32,000 nt of DNA from Schaalia meyeri (lineage in GTDB: Bacteria; Actinomycetota; Actinomycetes; Actinomycetales; Actinomycetaceae): NCBI RefSeq assembly GCF_900105015.1, contig NZ_FNLK01000005.1, positions 360,001 through 392,000 of the forward strand, read 5' to 3'. The number at the start of each line of letters is the position of its first letter. Position 1 is the stretch's first letter. The position numbers and the translations under genes were made by a program. The notes below the pieces were generated by a model. It ran no database searches and was not told the DNA's origin. It saw only the letters and a program-made list of their open reading frames with translations. This document shows, piece after piece, positions 16,411-24,973 of this stretch.

Positions 16411-18354
16411 GTGAGCGACGAACAGACATTCGACCAAAGCGATCCGCTGATCGGGATCCTGGTTGATGAGCGATACCGGGTCACGCGCAGGCTCGCCCGG
16501 GGCGGCATGGCGACCGTGTACGTCGCCCAGGACGAGCGTCTCGACCGCCCCGTCGCCCTGAAGGTCATGCACCCACACCTCGCTGATTCTCAGGATTTCG
16601 GCGCACGCTTTCGGCGCGAAGCGCGTTCTGCTGCGCGCATCGTCCACCCCGGTGTCGTCTCCGTCTTCGATCAGGGAGTCGTCACCGGCCAGGGCTTCCT
16701 GGTTATGGAGTTGATTGACGGAACGAATCTGCGTCAGCTTCTCAAGGCGCAGGGGGCATTCACGATTCCCCAGGCGCTGCGCTACACCACCGATACTCTC
16801 GAGGCCCTGCGCGCGGCTCACCGCATGGGAGTCATTCATCGCGACATTAAGCCCGAGAACATACTCGTCCCCACCGACGGCCCCGCGAAGGTCACCGACT
16901 TCGGTCTGGCACGCGCGGCCTCCGAAGTCTCGATGTCCTCCACCGGCAACATGCTGGGAACGGTGGCGTACATCGCGCCCGAGATCGCCATCACCGCCGA
17001 CGCCGACGCGCGCTCCGACATCTATTCCGTCGGCATCATGCTCTGCGAGATGCTCACCGGCGCGGTTCCATGGGCCGGGGAGTCCCCGCTGCAGATCGCC
17101 TCGCACCATGTTGCCGACGACGTCCCCAGCCCCTCGGTCTCTCAGCCCTGGATTCCGCGCGAGATCGACGACCTGGTCGCCGCACTGACCGCGCGCGATC
17201 CGCTATCGCGCACCGCATCCGCCTCCGACGCCATCGATCTGGTCGCGCGCGCCGCCGCCACTATCCCCGCGGAGATCGCGGGCCGCCGAGCCGACATCGC
17301 CCCCGAGGACCGAAGCGACACGTCGAAGACCTCCGCCCTGAACACCGAGGTCCTTTCCCCCCAGTTCACCCGCCCGCTTCCTCCTGCCGTACCCACGACG
17401 GTCGCCACCGTCCGTACTTCCACGCCGATTCCACAACCCACCACCCGGGCGCCCGGTAAGACGTACAAGCACCTCGCGCTGTGGATCAGCCTCGTCGCGT
17501 TGCTGCTCGTCGCCGTCGGGATCGGGGGACGCTGGTGGTGGACGGAGTACGGTCCGGGCTCCTATCTGACAATGCCGCACACAACGGGCCGTCCCCTCGC
17601 GGATGTTCAAGCGGATCTTCGCTCGCTCGGCTTGTCCAGTGTGGTCGATGAAGAGTACTCGGACGATGTTTCAAACGGTTCCGTCACGCGATCCGATCCG
17701 GACGGAGGGGCGGCCGTTCACAAGAATGCCGAGGTCCGTGTCTACATCTCCAAGGGCGTCGACATGAAGACCGTTCCTGACGTCACCCGACAAACCAGGG
17801 ATGACGCCGCTCGGGCGTTGGCCGAGGCGGGCCTGACGATCGGAGCGGTCACCGAGGATTATTCAGAAGACGTCCCCGAAGGACAAGTCATCTCTCAGGC
17901 GGCCCAGGCGGGTTCAGTCGTGCGGCACGATTCGGCCGTCAACCTCGTCCTCTCTAAGGGACGCAAACCCCTCTCGGTTCCTCGCCTTACCGGTATGAGC
18001 AAGGAGGCAGCGAAAAACTCCGTCGAGTCCCTGGGTCTGGTTGCAAACGTGACCAACGCCTACTCCGACACGGTTGCCGAAGGCCAGGTGATCTCCCAAC
18101 AGACCCAGGAGGGCACCATCTTGCACCGTGGCGACTCGGTCGCGTACACGGTCTCCAAAGGACCCGAGAAGGTTGCCGTTCCCGACGTCGTCGGTCGCCA
18201 GAAAGACGATGCCCGCTCCGCGCTCGAGGCAGCCGGATTCACCGTCCATGAGGAAACGATCCTCGGTGGTTTTTTCGGCACCGTGCGCACCACCGATCCC
18301 GCCGGCGGCACGATGCTCAAGAAAGGCAGTGTCGTAACGATCACTATCGTCTAG
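16411..18354 (+). CDS. pknL: Ser/Thr protein kinase PknL with a transmembrane helix and four extracellular PASTA repeats
   Basis: ORF 16345..18354. The Hanks kinase domain shows GGMATVYVA, VALKVM, HRDIKPENIL, DFGLAR and APE. A TM helix follows (LALWISLVALLLVAVGIGG), then four PASTA-like repeats. The start is trimmed to GTG 16411 (VSDEQTF) because of the TAGAAT box. The longer ORF would overlap the divergent gene region. Confidence 0.92.
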   Translation: MSDEQTFDQSDPLIGILVDERYRVTRRLARGGMATVYVAQDERLDRPVALKVMHPHLADSQDFGARFRREARSAARIVHPGVVSVFDQGVVTGQGFLVMELIDGTNLRQLLKAQGAFTIPQALRYTTDTLEALRAAHRMGVIHRDIKPENILVPTDGPAKVTDFGLARAASEVSMSSTGNMLGTVAYIAPEIAITADADARSDIYSVGIMLCEMLTGAVPWAGESPLQIASHHVADDVPSPSVSQPWIPREIDDLVAALTARDPLSRTASASDAIDLVARAAATIPAEIAGRRADIAPEDRSDTSKTSALNTEVLSPQFTRPLPPAVPTTVATVRTSTPIPQPTTRAPGKTYKHLALWISLVALLLVAVGIGGRWWWTEYGPGSYLTMPHTTGRPLADVQADLRSLGLSSVVDEEYSDDVSNGSVTRSDPDGGAAVHKNAEVRVYISKGVDMKTVPDVTRQTRDDAARALAEAGLTIGAVTEDYSEDVPEGQVISQAAQAGSVVRHDSAVNLVLSKGRKPLSVPRLTGMSKEAAKNSVESLGLVANVTNAYSDTVAEGQVISQQTQEGTILHRGDSVAYTVSKGPEKVAVPDVVGRQKDDARSALEAAGFTVHEETILGGFFGTVRTTDPAGGTMLKKGSVVTITIV

Positions 18355-18424
18355 GGTGAGACCGACACCAAAAGTCCGCTCGACACGCCAGCACCCAAGC
18401 CCCGTGAAACCGACCCGCGCATCC

Positions 18425-19918
18425 TCACGAGGCAGTTTCATCCTTCGTGGGAGATGAACCCTCCAGGTACTGCGCAACTTGGAAGGCCATCTCCAGGCTC
18501 TGCTGGTGGTTCAGGCGGGGATCCACCAGCGTTTCGTAGCGCTTGCGCAAGGATTTCTCATCGATGCGCTCACTCCCGCCGATCACCTCGGTGACGTCAT
18601 CGCCCGTAAGCTCAACGTGCAGGCCTCCCGGGACGGTACCGCAGGATTCGTGAGCCTCAAAGAACCCGCGAACCTCGTCCATGATCGTCTCGAAGCGACG
18701 CGTCTTGCAGCCGGTGGACAACGTAATCGTGTTTCCGTGCATCGGGTCCGTCACCCAGGTGAGCGGACGTCCGTCCTCGCGCGCAGCCTCAAGCAGCGGA
18801 GGCAACGCCTCACGAATGTGGGAGGCGCCCATGCGCGTAATGAACGTCAGTCGGCCTTCCTCGCCGTCCGGGTTAAGGCGGTCAATGAGGCTGCGCATCT
18901 GCTCGGGCGTGGTCGACGGACCGAGCTTTACCCCGATCGGATTGCGCACGCGCGACAACAGCTCAATGTGAGCGCCCTCCTCTTCGCGCGTCCGCTCCCC
19001 CGCCCACAGAAAATGAGCGGAGGTGTTGTAGGGTTCACCCGTTCGAGAATCGATGCGGGTCATCGCCGACTCGTATTCGAGGAGCAGCGCCTCGTGCGAC
19101 GAGTACAGGTCGACGTCGCGCAACGTCTCGAAATCGACTCCGGCGGCACCCATGAACTTGATGGCCCGGTGAATGTCCTTAGCCAGCGACTCGTAGCGAG
19201 CATACGCGGGATTGGACATGAAGCCCTGATTCCAGCGGTGAACCTGACGCAGGTCCGCGTAACCGCCCTTCGTGAAGGCACGAATCAAATTGAGCGTCGA
19301 AGCCGCGCGGTTGTACAGCGACAGGAGGCGCTGCGGGTCGGGTTCGCGCGCATCGGGGGTGAACTCAAAGGAATTCACAGCGTCGCCACGGTAGCTGGGC
19401 AGCGTCACGCCGTCGCGCGTCTCCATGTCGGATGATCGCGGCTTCGCATACTGGCCCGCGATGCGTCCCACCTTGATGACCGGCAGCGACGCGCCATAGG
19501 TCAACACGACGGCCATCTGCAGCAGCGTCTGAATCTTGAGGCGCACGTGATCGGCCGTCGCTTCTGCGAAGGTCTCGGCGCAGTCACCGCCCATGAGGAC
19601 AAAGGCCTCACCGCGGGAGGCGGCGCCCATCCACGTGCGCAAATCATCGACCTCCCCGGCGAACACGAGTGGCGGCTGACGGCGCAGCTGCGCGGTCACC
19701 TCATTCACGCGATCCGCATCCGCGTACGCGGGCTGCTGAGCGGCGTCCAGGGTGCGCCAGGTATCCCACGGAGCGCGCTCCCCGGAGTCCGGCGACCACA
19801 GACGCTCGGGGACGCGGCGGGAGCGTGGCTTACGCACGGGCTCCCCGCCGCGTCCGGGGGTGAAAGAGGGAATCACGCGAGGCGACTCACTCGCCAGCAG
19901 GCTCGACGCTCTGGCCAA
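18425..19918 (-). CDS. aroG: Class II 3-deoxy-D-arabino-heptulosonate-7-phosphate (DAHP) synthase
   Basis: ORF 18425..19918 contains GGDCAETF, GRIAGQYAKPRS, HFLWAGERTR and TDPMHGN, typical of class II (Rv2178c-type) DAHP synthase. The start is uncertain. ATG 19918 overlaps the pfp 3' end by 32 nt, and GTG 19876 lies 11 nt after the pfp stop. Confidence 0.93.
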   Translation of the reverse strand: MARASSLLASESPRVIPSFTPGRGGEPVRKPRSRRVPERLWSPDSGERAPWDTWRTLDAAQQPAYADADRVNEVTAQLRRQPPLVFAGEVDDLRTWMGAASRGEAFVLMGGDCAETFAEATADHVRLKIQTLLQMAVVLTYGASLPVIKVGRIAGQYAKPRSSDMETRDGVTLPSYRGDAVNSFEFTPDAREPDPQRLLSLYNRAASTLNLIRAFTKGGYADLRQVHRWNQGFMSNPAYARYESLAKDIHRAIKFMGAAGVDFETLRDVDLYSSHEALLLEYESAMTRIDSRTGEPYNTSAHFLWAGERTREEEGAHIELLSRVRNPIGVKLGPSTTPEQMRSLIDRLNPDGEEGRLTFITRMGASHIREALPPLLEAAREDGRPLTWVTDPMHGNTITLSTGCKTRRFETIMDEVRGFFEAHESCGTVPGGLHVELTGDDVTEVIGGSERIDEKSLRKRYETLVDPRLNHQQSLEMAFQVAQYLEGSSPTKDETAS

Positions 19919-21104
19919 TCTCGGCCATCATCTGGACGAACCAGGGGGCCGTGATGTCGAAGGGTTTGCCGCCGGCGATACGTGGGAACGGGATAGCCTT
20001 CAGGCGATCACCGTCCTCCTCGTCATGACCAATCACGCCGGACTCGCCCCTGAAGGCGCACTCGACGGCCAAGTCCGTCATCGACTTAATGAGGCGCAGA
20101 TCATCAGCATTGGCACGCGAGGAACGCGAGAAGTAGCCGGACTTTTGCACCATGACCTTCTCGGCGTCGATCTTTTCGGCGAACTGCTTGGCGAACCACT
20201 GGCCGGGGTTGATCGTGTCCAGCTTGACATGGCCGAAGGGATCGCGCTGAACCTCGCCGCCAGCGGCCTCGATCTCCGCGATGATCTCGGGGACGCCGGC
20301 CCCCTCGGACAGGAAGATGTTGACGTTGCCCTGCTCATCCATGATCGCTTTCAGGCGCCGGGCCTCGGCCTCCAGATCAATCTTCATCTCGGGCAGGAAG
20401 ATGGCATGAATGTCCCAGCGCTCCTTGGACAGGCCGACCGAAGGCACCCATTCCTGGGTCTTGAGCCACTCGTGGTACTGCTGTGAGCCGGCGGCGGTCA
20501 GCCAGCCGCAGTGGCGGCCCATGATCTCGTGAATGATGAGCATACGCGGGTTCGAGCGGTGCTCGCCGATGACGTTCTGGGAGTATTCCGACACCTCTTC
20601 GGCAGCGGTCCATGCACCCAGGGACTGGCGGATCGGTACAACGTCATTGTCGATCGTCTTGGGCAGGCCCACGACGGTCAGGTGGTAGTCGTGCTCCTCA
20701 AGGTAGGCGGCCAGGTCGGCAGCGGTGGTGTTCGTGTCGTCGCCGCCGATCGTGTGCAGCACGTCAACGCCGTCGGTGCGCAGCTGCTCGGCAGCCTTTT
20801 GCAACGGGTCCTCGTCTTCGCCGACCAGGCCTCGCTCCACGAGGTTCTTCTTGTTCGTCAGCTTCACGCGCGAGTTACCGATCGGGGAGCCACCGAAACG
20901 ATGCAGGACGGCGGCGCGGGTGCGGGCCTTTTCATCCACCAGCACGTAGTTGCCGGTGAGCAGGCCGTGGTAGCCGTTCTGGTAGGCGATAATCTCGACG
21001 GTGGGATCAATCTCGTTGTAGCGCTCGATGAGCCCACCGACGGCGGAGGACAGGCACGGGGCGAAGCCACCTGCGGTCAGCAGGGCAACACGACGGACCG
21101 ACAT
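19887..21104 (-). CDS. pfp: Pyrophosphate-dependent 6-phosphofructokinase (PPi-PFK)
   Basis: ORF 19887..21113 contains LTAGGFAPCLS, TIGGDDTNT (Asp where ATP-PFKs have GGDGS), PKTIDND and IMGRHCGW. The start is trimmed to ATG 21104 (MSVRRV), with AAAGGTG upstream. Position 21113 is a GTG. Confidence 0.93.
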   Translation of the reverse strand: MSVRRVALLTAGGFAPCLSSAVGGLIERYNEIDPTVEIIAYQNGYHGLLTGNYVLVDEKARTRAAVLHRFGGSPIGNSRVKLTNKKNLVERGLVGEDEDPLQKAAEQLRTDGVDVLHTIGGDDTNTTAADLAAYLEEHDYHLTVVGLPKTIDNDVVPIRQSLGAWTAAEEVSEYSQNVIGEHRSNPRMLIIHEIMGRHCGWLTAAGSQQYHEWLKTQEWVPSVGLSKERWDIHAIFLPEMKIDLEAEARRLKAIMDEQGNVNIFLSEGAGVPEIIAEIEAAGGEVQRDPFGHVKLDTINPGQWFAKQFAEKIDAEKVMVQKSGYFSRSSRANADDLRLIKSMTDLAVECAFRGESGVIGHDEEDGDRLKAIPFPRIAGGKPFDITAPWFVQMMAEIGQSVEPAGE

Positions 21105-21163
21105 GAATGTCACCTTTCTCAGGTTGGTTAGGTACGGGCCCGCGCGCGTGCGCAGGGCATGAT

Positions 21164-21169
21164 CATTCT
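21164..21169 (-). promoter_or_regulatory. -10 box TAGAAT upstream of pfp
   Basis: The minus strand reads GCGGGTAGAATGATC about 55 nt upstream of the pfp ATG. A TTGGCG -35-like hexamer sits at a 19-nt spacing, which is suboptimal. Confidence 0.35.
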
Positions 21170-21245
21170 ACCCGCGCAGCACAGCGTTTCGCCAAGGACG
21201 CCCTCCCGGTCAAACTCCGGTGCGTCGACGGACCCGCCCCGTTAC

Positions 21246-22070
21246 CTACTGCCCGGCCTGCTCCCCCGCTGCGTCGCCGCCTTCCCCATCGGAAGGCTCC
21301 TGCGGCGCCGTCGGAACGGGCACGTCGGGAGCGGTGCGACCGCCCGGCGCCGCGCGCCCGTTGGAGGGAACGGGCCCCTCGAACGTGCCTTCGGCGGCCA
21401 GCTGAGCCTTCACGTCGGCCGCGTACAGGTCGACATACTCCTGGCCCGACAAAAGCATGAGGCTGTACATGATCTCGTCGGTGATGGCGCGAAGCACATA
21501 CCTGTCCTTGTGCAGCCCCTTATAGCGTGAAAAGTCCAGGGGCTCGCCAACCACCATTCCGATATTGGTACGCGACGGGATCTTCTGGCCGATCGGTTGA
21601 GCCGCGTGCGTGCCGATCATGGCGACGGGAATGACGGGGGCACCGGAGAGCAGCGCGAGGCGGGCGACCCCGGTCTTCCCCCGGTACAGGCGCCCGTCGG
21701 GGCTTCGAGTCCCTTCCGGGTAAATCCCGAAGAGTTCGCCGTCTCGCAGGCGTTTGAGCCCGGCATTGAGCGCCGCCTCGGAGGCGCGCCCGCCGGTGCG
21801 ATCAACGGGGATGGTTCCGACGGCTCGCATAAATTCCTTGGTCATCCAGCCCTTGACGCCGGTACCCGTGAAGTAGTCGGCCTTGCCCATGAAGACAACC
21901 TCGCGGTTGATCATCATCGGCAGGAAGACGGAGTCCCACACGGCGTTATGGTTGGAAGCCAAGATGGCGGCCCCCTCAGACGGGATGTTCTCCTTGCCGC
22001 GGATCCACGGATGGTAGGCGGCCTTGAGAATGGGGCTGCCGGTCGCTTTGAGAGCCTGATAGAACGCCAC
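21246..22070 (-). CDS. plsC: 1-acyl-sn-glycerol-3-phosphate acyltransferase (PlsC family)
   Basis: ORF 21246..22169 contains the HX4D motif SNHNAVWD and also FMGKAD, IYPEGTRS and VIPVAM. The start is trimmed to GTG 22070 (VAFYQALK), with AGGAG 5 nt upstream. Confidence 0.9.
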   Translation of the reverse strand: MAFYQALKATGSPILKAAYHPWIRGKENIPSEGAAILASNHNAVWDSVFLPMMINREVVFMGKADYFTGTGVKGWMTKEFMRAVGTIPVDRTGGRASEAALNAGLKRLRDGELFGIYPEGTRSPDGRLYRGKTGVARLALLSGAPVIPVAMIGTHAAQPIGQKIPSRTNIGMVVGEPLDFSRYKGLHKDRYVLRAITDEIMYSLMLLSGQEYVDLYAADVKAQLAAEGTFEGPVPSNGRAAPGGRTAPDVPVPTAPQEPSDGEGGDAAGEQAGQ

Positions 22071-22115
22071 TGTGACTCCTCGAATGTCGACGGGCGCGCG
22101 CGAGCGCGGACGAAT

Positions 22116-22121
22116 TAGTAT
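22116..22121 (+). promoter_or_regulatory. -10 box TAGTAT; candidate leaderless promoter of the exonuclease gene
   Basis: TAGTAT is followed by a 7-nt spacer (CAACTCT) before ATG 22129. No SD is present. Confidence 0.35.
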
Positions 22122-22128
22122 CAACTCT

Positions 22129-22941
22129 ATGACGAAACAGACTCCCGTGCGTAATTGTGGGGAAACCATGTCGCCCGGTGAGTCACCGCGCCCCTTCGCT
22201 CACAAAATCGTGTCGAAGGCCCTATCGCGCGCGCCAAAACCCGAGATTCAGCTCGGCCTGTCCTCGGTCGGGACGCCTGCTACGCGGGGCAGCTGGGTGA
22301 TCGTCGACCTGGAGACGACGGGGCTGGGCGCGGGCGCAGAGATCACCGAGATCGGGGCGGTCCGCGTGCGTGACGGCCAGCTGGACGACGAGTTCGACAC
22401 GCTGGTGCGTCCCTCGCGCCTGATTCCCCCGTTCATCACCTCTCTGACGGGAATTACACCCGAGATGGTGCGAGACGCGGAACCGATCGCTCCTGCGCTG
22501 GAGCGCTTTATTTCCTGGGCGGGTTTCGAGGGGGATAATCCGCCCGTCTTTGTCGCGCACAACGCCGCGTTCGACGTGGGATTCCTGCGCCGCGCCGCGC
22601 GGGTATCCTCGCGCCCCTGGCCGCCCATGCGCGTCGTCGATACGCTCGCGCTCGCGCGCCTGGCGCTGCCGCATCCGCTCGTGCGCAACCATAAGCTCGC
22701 CACGGTGGCCGCCTACTTCGGGATCGCGACGACGCCGCGCCACCGCGCCCTTCGGGACGCCCGCACGACGGCCACGGTCCTGTTGGATTTCATTACCCTG
22801 CTCGCGGGAGCGGGAGCAACCGACGTGGAGGACCTGGTCGCTTTGAGTGAGATGGCACCGCCCCATCGACCGCAGGCACCGACCTCCGTTTCGCCAACAG
22901 GCGAGGCCAGCAAAGGCCGCGGCTCATCACCCGGCTCGTGA
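22129..22941 (+). CDS. DnaQ-like 3'-5' exonuclease (DEDDh family), stand-alone
   Basis: ORF 22072..22941 has ExoI VIVDLETTG, ExoII FVAHNAAFDVGFL and ExoIII HRALRDA. It resembles the N-terminal half of Rv2191 but has no GIY-YIG domain. The start is either ATG 22129 (leaderless geometry) or ATG 22168 (GGGGA 3 nt upstream). Confidence 0.85.
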   Translation: MTKQTPVRNCGETMSPGESPRPFAHKIVSKALSRAPKPEIQLGLSSVGTPATRGSWVIVDLETTGLGAGAEITEIGAVRVRDGQLDDEFDTLVRPSRLIPPFITSLTGITPEMVRDAEPIAPALERFISWAGFEGDNPPVFVAHNAAFDVGFLRRAARVSSRPWPPMRVVDTLALARLALPHPLVRNHKLATVAAYFGIATTPRHRALRDARTTATVLLDFITLLAGAGATDVEDLVALSEMAPPHRPQAPTSVSPTGEASKGRGSSPGS

Positions 22942-23020
22942 GCCCATACGAGCGCCCGTAGCCCAAGCGCTGGCGCAGCACCGGGCGACGCGCGTGATCG
23001 CCACTGCCGCGCCCCACTCG

Positions 23021-23410
23021 CTAGGCGCCGCGCAAAACGTCGGCAAGCGTCTCCTGCAGGATAATCGGATCGATCGGATCCGCCACGGTTGCTGCGGCAC
23101 CGGCCCACGTGGCCAGCCAGTCGTCCTGGACGCGCGCCGTCAGAAAGATGATCGGGGGAACGTCGTCACGGGTCTCCTGCAGATCCTGGGCGACGGACAT
23201 GCCGCCTTCCTTCTTGGCTTCGGCATCCAGGATGAGCGCCGCGAAATCGTCACCGTCGAAAGTGTCGCGCACGCCGAACGCGGTGGCGGCCTCCACCCAC
23301 TCGATGCGGGGGGTATCCTTGGATGCGCGCAGCCCGATACCGCTGATGACGGCGTGACGCCTGTCCTTGTCGTCGCTGAACACCAGGATCTTGACGGTAT
23401 CGTCGCTCAT
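23021..23410 (-). CDS. Stand-alone receiver (CheY-like) domain protein, atypical
   Basis: ORF 23021..23518 is trimmed to ATG 23410 (MSDDTVKILVFSDD...), with AAGGAG upstream. It shows an alternating beta/alpha pattern: acidic pair FSDD, putative phospho-Asp in ALILDAE, and Thr in IIFLTAR. The expected Lys-Pro of beta5 reads ADP instead. There is no output domain and no adjacent histidine kinase. Confidence 0.6.
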   Translation of the reverse strand: MSDDTVKILVFSDDKDRRHAVISGIGLRASKDTPRIEWVEAATAFGVRDTFDGDDFAALILDAEAKKEGGMSVAQDLQETRDDVPPIIFLTARVQDDWLATWAGAAATVADPIDPIILQETLADVLRGA

Positions 23411-23453
23411 GAGATCTCCTTGCGTATGTCGGCACAATCGACGCGGTGGCCCC

Positions 23454-23459
23454 ATTCTA
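23454..23459 (-). promoter_or_regulatory. -10 box TAGAAT upstream of the receiver gene
   Basis: The minus strand reads CCGTTAGAATGGGG, immediately after the FKBP terminator hairpin and about 43 nt before ATG 23410. Confidence 0.35.
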
Positions 23460-23463
23460 ACGG

Positions 23464-23500
23464 CTTGCGGGCAGCTCCCCCACCGGGAGCCGCCCGCAAG
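23464..23500 (-). terminator. Long hairpin after the FKBP gene (candidate terminator)
   Basis: CTTGCGGGC-A-GCTCCC-CCACC-GGGAGC-C-GCCCGCAAG forms 9+6 bp with one 1x1 mismatch. It lies 20 nt after the stop at 23521. Confidence 0.55.
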
Positions 23501-23520
23501 CAGCGATGCACGACGCATCG

Positions 23521-24516
23521 TTACATCGAGGAAGTGCCCACGATGTCGACGACGAAGACGTTCGCCTGGGCCGCGTTACCCGACTGGCCCGACTGCGCCC
23601 CCTTGCCCTGAACCGGTGCCACAACGAGGATGCGCGATCCGATCGTGTATCCACTCAGCTCCACCGACTTGACCGGTGCCTCGAGCGGGGCTTGGCCCCA
23701 CGAGGACTGCGTTTGTCCCTTGGCGCCAAAACCACCAACGACTTGCTTGTATAAAACGCTCTGTCCGTCCTCGAGCGCGTCGCCGCCTCCCTTGTAGATC
23801 GTGTAGATTTTTTGTTCGGTGGGGACCGGCGCGGACTCGTCGACCGTCAGGGTCGGTTCGGCGCCGGGTTCGCCGTTGACGGTGACGCCCTCAGGCAGCT
23901 CTTCGCCGGTCGCAACGCCGCTGCTGAGGATGGATTCGTCCGCTACGTTCTGTTTTGCCACGCCCACGATGTCCACGACAAAGACCAGGGTCGAATTTGC
24001 GGGAATACTGCCCTTGGCCTGGGTTCCGTATCCCAGGGAGGCGGGGATGACCAGCTCAACGCGGTCACCCACGCGGGCGTGAGCCAAACCGTAGGTCCAG
24101 CCCTTAACAACCTGAGTGAGAGAGAACGTGGCGGCTTCTCCACGCTCGTAGGACGAGTCGAAAACCGTCCCATTCCACAGCGCACCGACGTAGTTTGCCT
24201 TGATCTTCGCGCCGGGGCACACCACTTCGCCGTCGCCCTGGGACAGGGTCTTAACCAGAACCTTCGATGTTGGTTCCGTCCCCGTTCCCGCCGCGATGAC
24301 GGGCTTGTCGTCGCCCGACACGTCGGGGAAGCTCCCCTTGCCGCTGCGGTCGACGTTCGTGTCCTGCTCGGCCGAATCATCGGTGGAGCATGCGGAGTAG
24401 TCGATCGAAGACGAGGAGCCCGAGGACTGGGAGGAAGCGTCGGAGCAAGCCGCCAACCCGAGGGCAAGCGCGACGACACCGGCAAGTGCGCCGAGGCGGC
24501 GCAGGGAGGACATCAT
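23521..24516 (-). CDS. FKBP-type peptidyl-prolyl cis-trans isomerase lipoprotein (tandem FKBP-like domains)
   Basis: ORF 23521..24516 has a signal peptide with lipobox LGLAAC. The FKBP core is YVGALWNGTVFDSSYERGEAATFSLTQVVKGWTYGL...IPASLGYG. A second, degenerate domain ends in the same VFVVDIVG strand. Confidence 0.9.
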   Translation of the reverse strand: MMSSLRRLGALAGVVALALGLAACSDASSQSSGSSSSIDYSACSTDDSAEQDTNVDRSGKGSFPDVSGDDKPVIAAGTGTEPTSKVLVKTLSQGDGEVVCPGAKIKANYVGALWNGTVFDSSYERGEAATFSLTQVVKGWTYGLAHARVGDRVELVIPASLGYGTQAKGSIPANSTLVFVVDIVGVAKQNVADESILSSGVATGEELPEGVTVNGEPGAEPTLTVDESAPVPTEQKIYTIYKGGGDALEDGQSVLYKQVVGGFGAKGQTQSSWGQAPLEAPVKSVELSGYTIGSRILVVAPVQGKGAQSGQSGNAAQANVFVVDIVGTSSM

Positions 24517-24534
24517 AAGAGAGTTACTTTCGGC

Positions 24535-24888
24535 TCAGTGGAAGGATTCGCCGCAGGCGCAGGTGTTCTGGGCGTTCGGGTTGTCGATCGTGAAACCCTG
24601 GCGTTCAATCGTGTCGGAAAAATCGATCGTCGCACCGCTCAGGTAGGGCACGCTCATGCGATCGACGACGACCTCAACGCCGTCGAAGGAACGAATGGCG
24701 TCCCCATCGAGACTGCGGTCATCGAAGTACAGCTGGTAAATCAGGCCGGAGCAGCCGCCCGGCTGGACGGCGATGCGCAGGCGCAGGTCGTCGCGGCCCT
24801 CCTGCTGAAGCAGGCTTTTCACCTTCGCGGCTGCGACATCGGTGAGGATAACCTCGTGGGTGGGAGCCTGAGTTGATGACTCGGACAT
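24535..24888 (-). CDS. erpA: Iron-sulfur cluster insertion protein, HesB/IscA/ErpA family
   Basis: ORF 24535..24906 contains GGCSG and the C-terminal CACGESF Cys ligands. The start is trimmed to ATG 24888 (MSESSTQ), with AGGAG 4 nt upstream. It is Rv2204c-like. Confidence 0.92.
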   Translation of the reverse strand: MSESSTQAPTHEVILTDVAAAKVKSLLQQEGRDDLRLRIAVQPGGCSGLIYQLYFDDRSLDGDAIRSFDGVEVVVDRMSVPYLSGATIDFSDTIERQGFTIDNPNAQNTCACGESFH

Positions 24889-24973
24889 GACGCTCCTAAC
24901 GGTCACGAATAGACGTATGCGCTTGACACCCTACTCCCCCGCCCGCACCGAGCGCTACGGGTGGACTGCGCGC

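Noticed and set aside
23812-24876. 354-aa plus-strand ORF
   Set aside because: It is antisense to the FKBP lipoprotein and ErpA genes, both of which carry clear family motifs.
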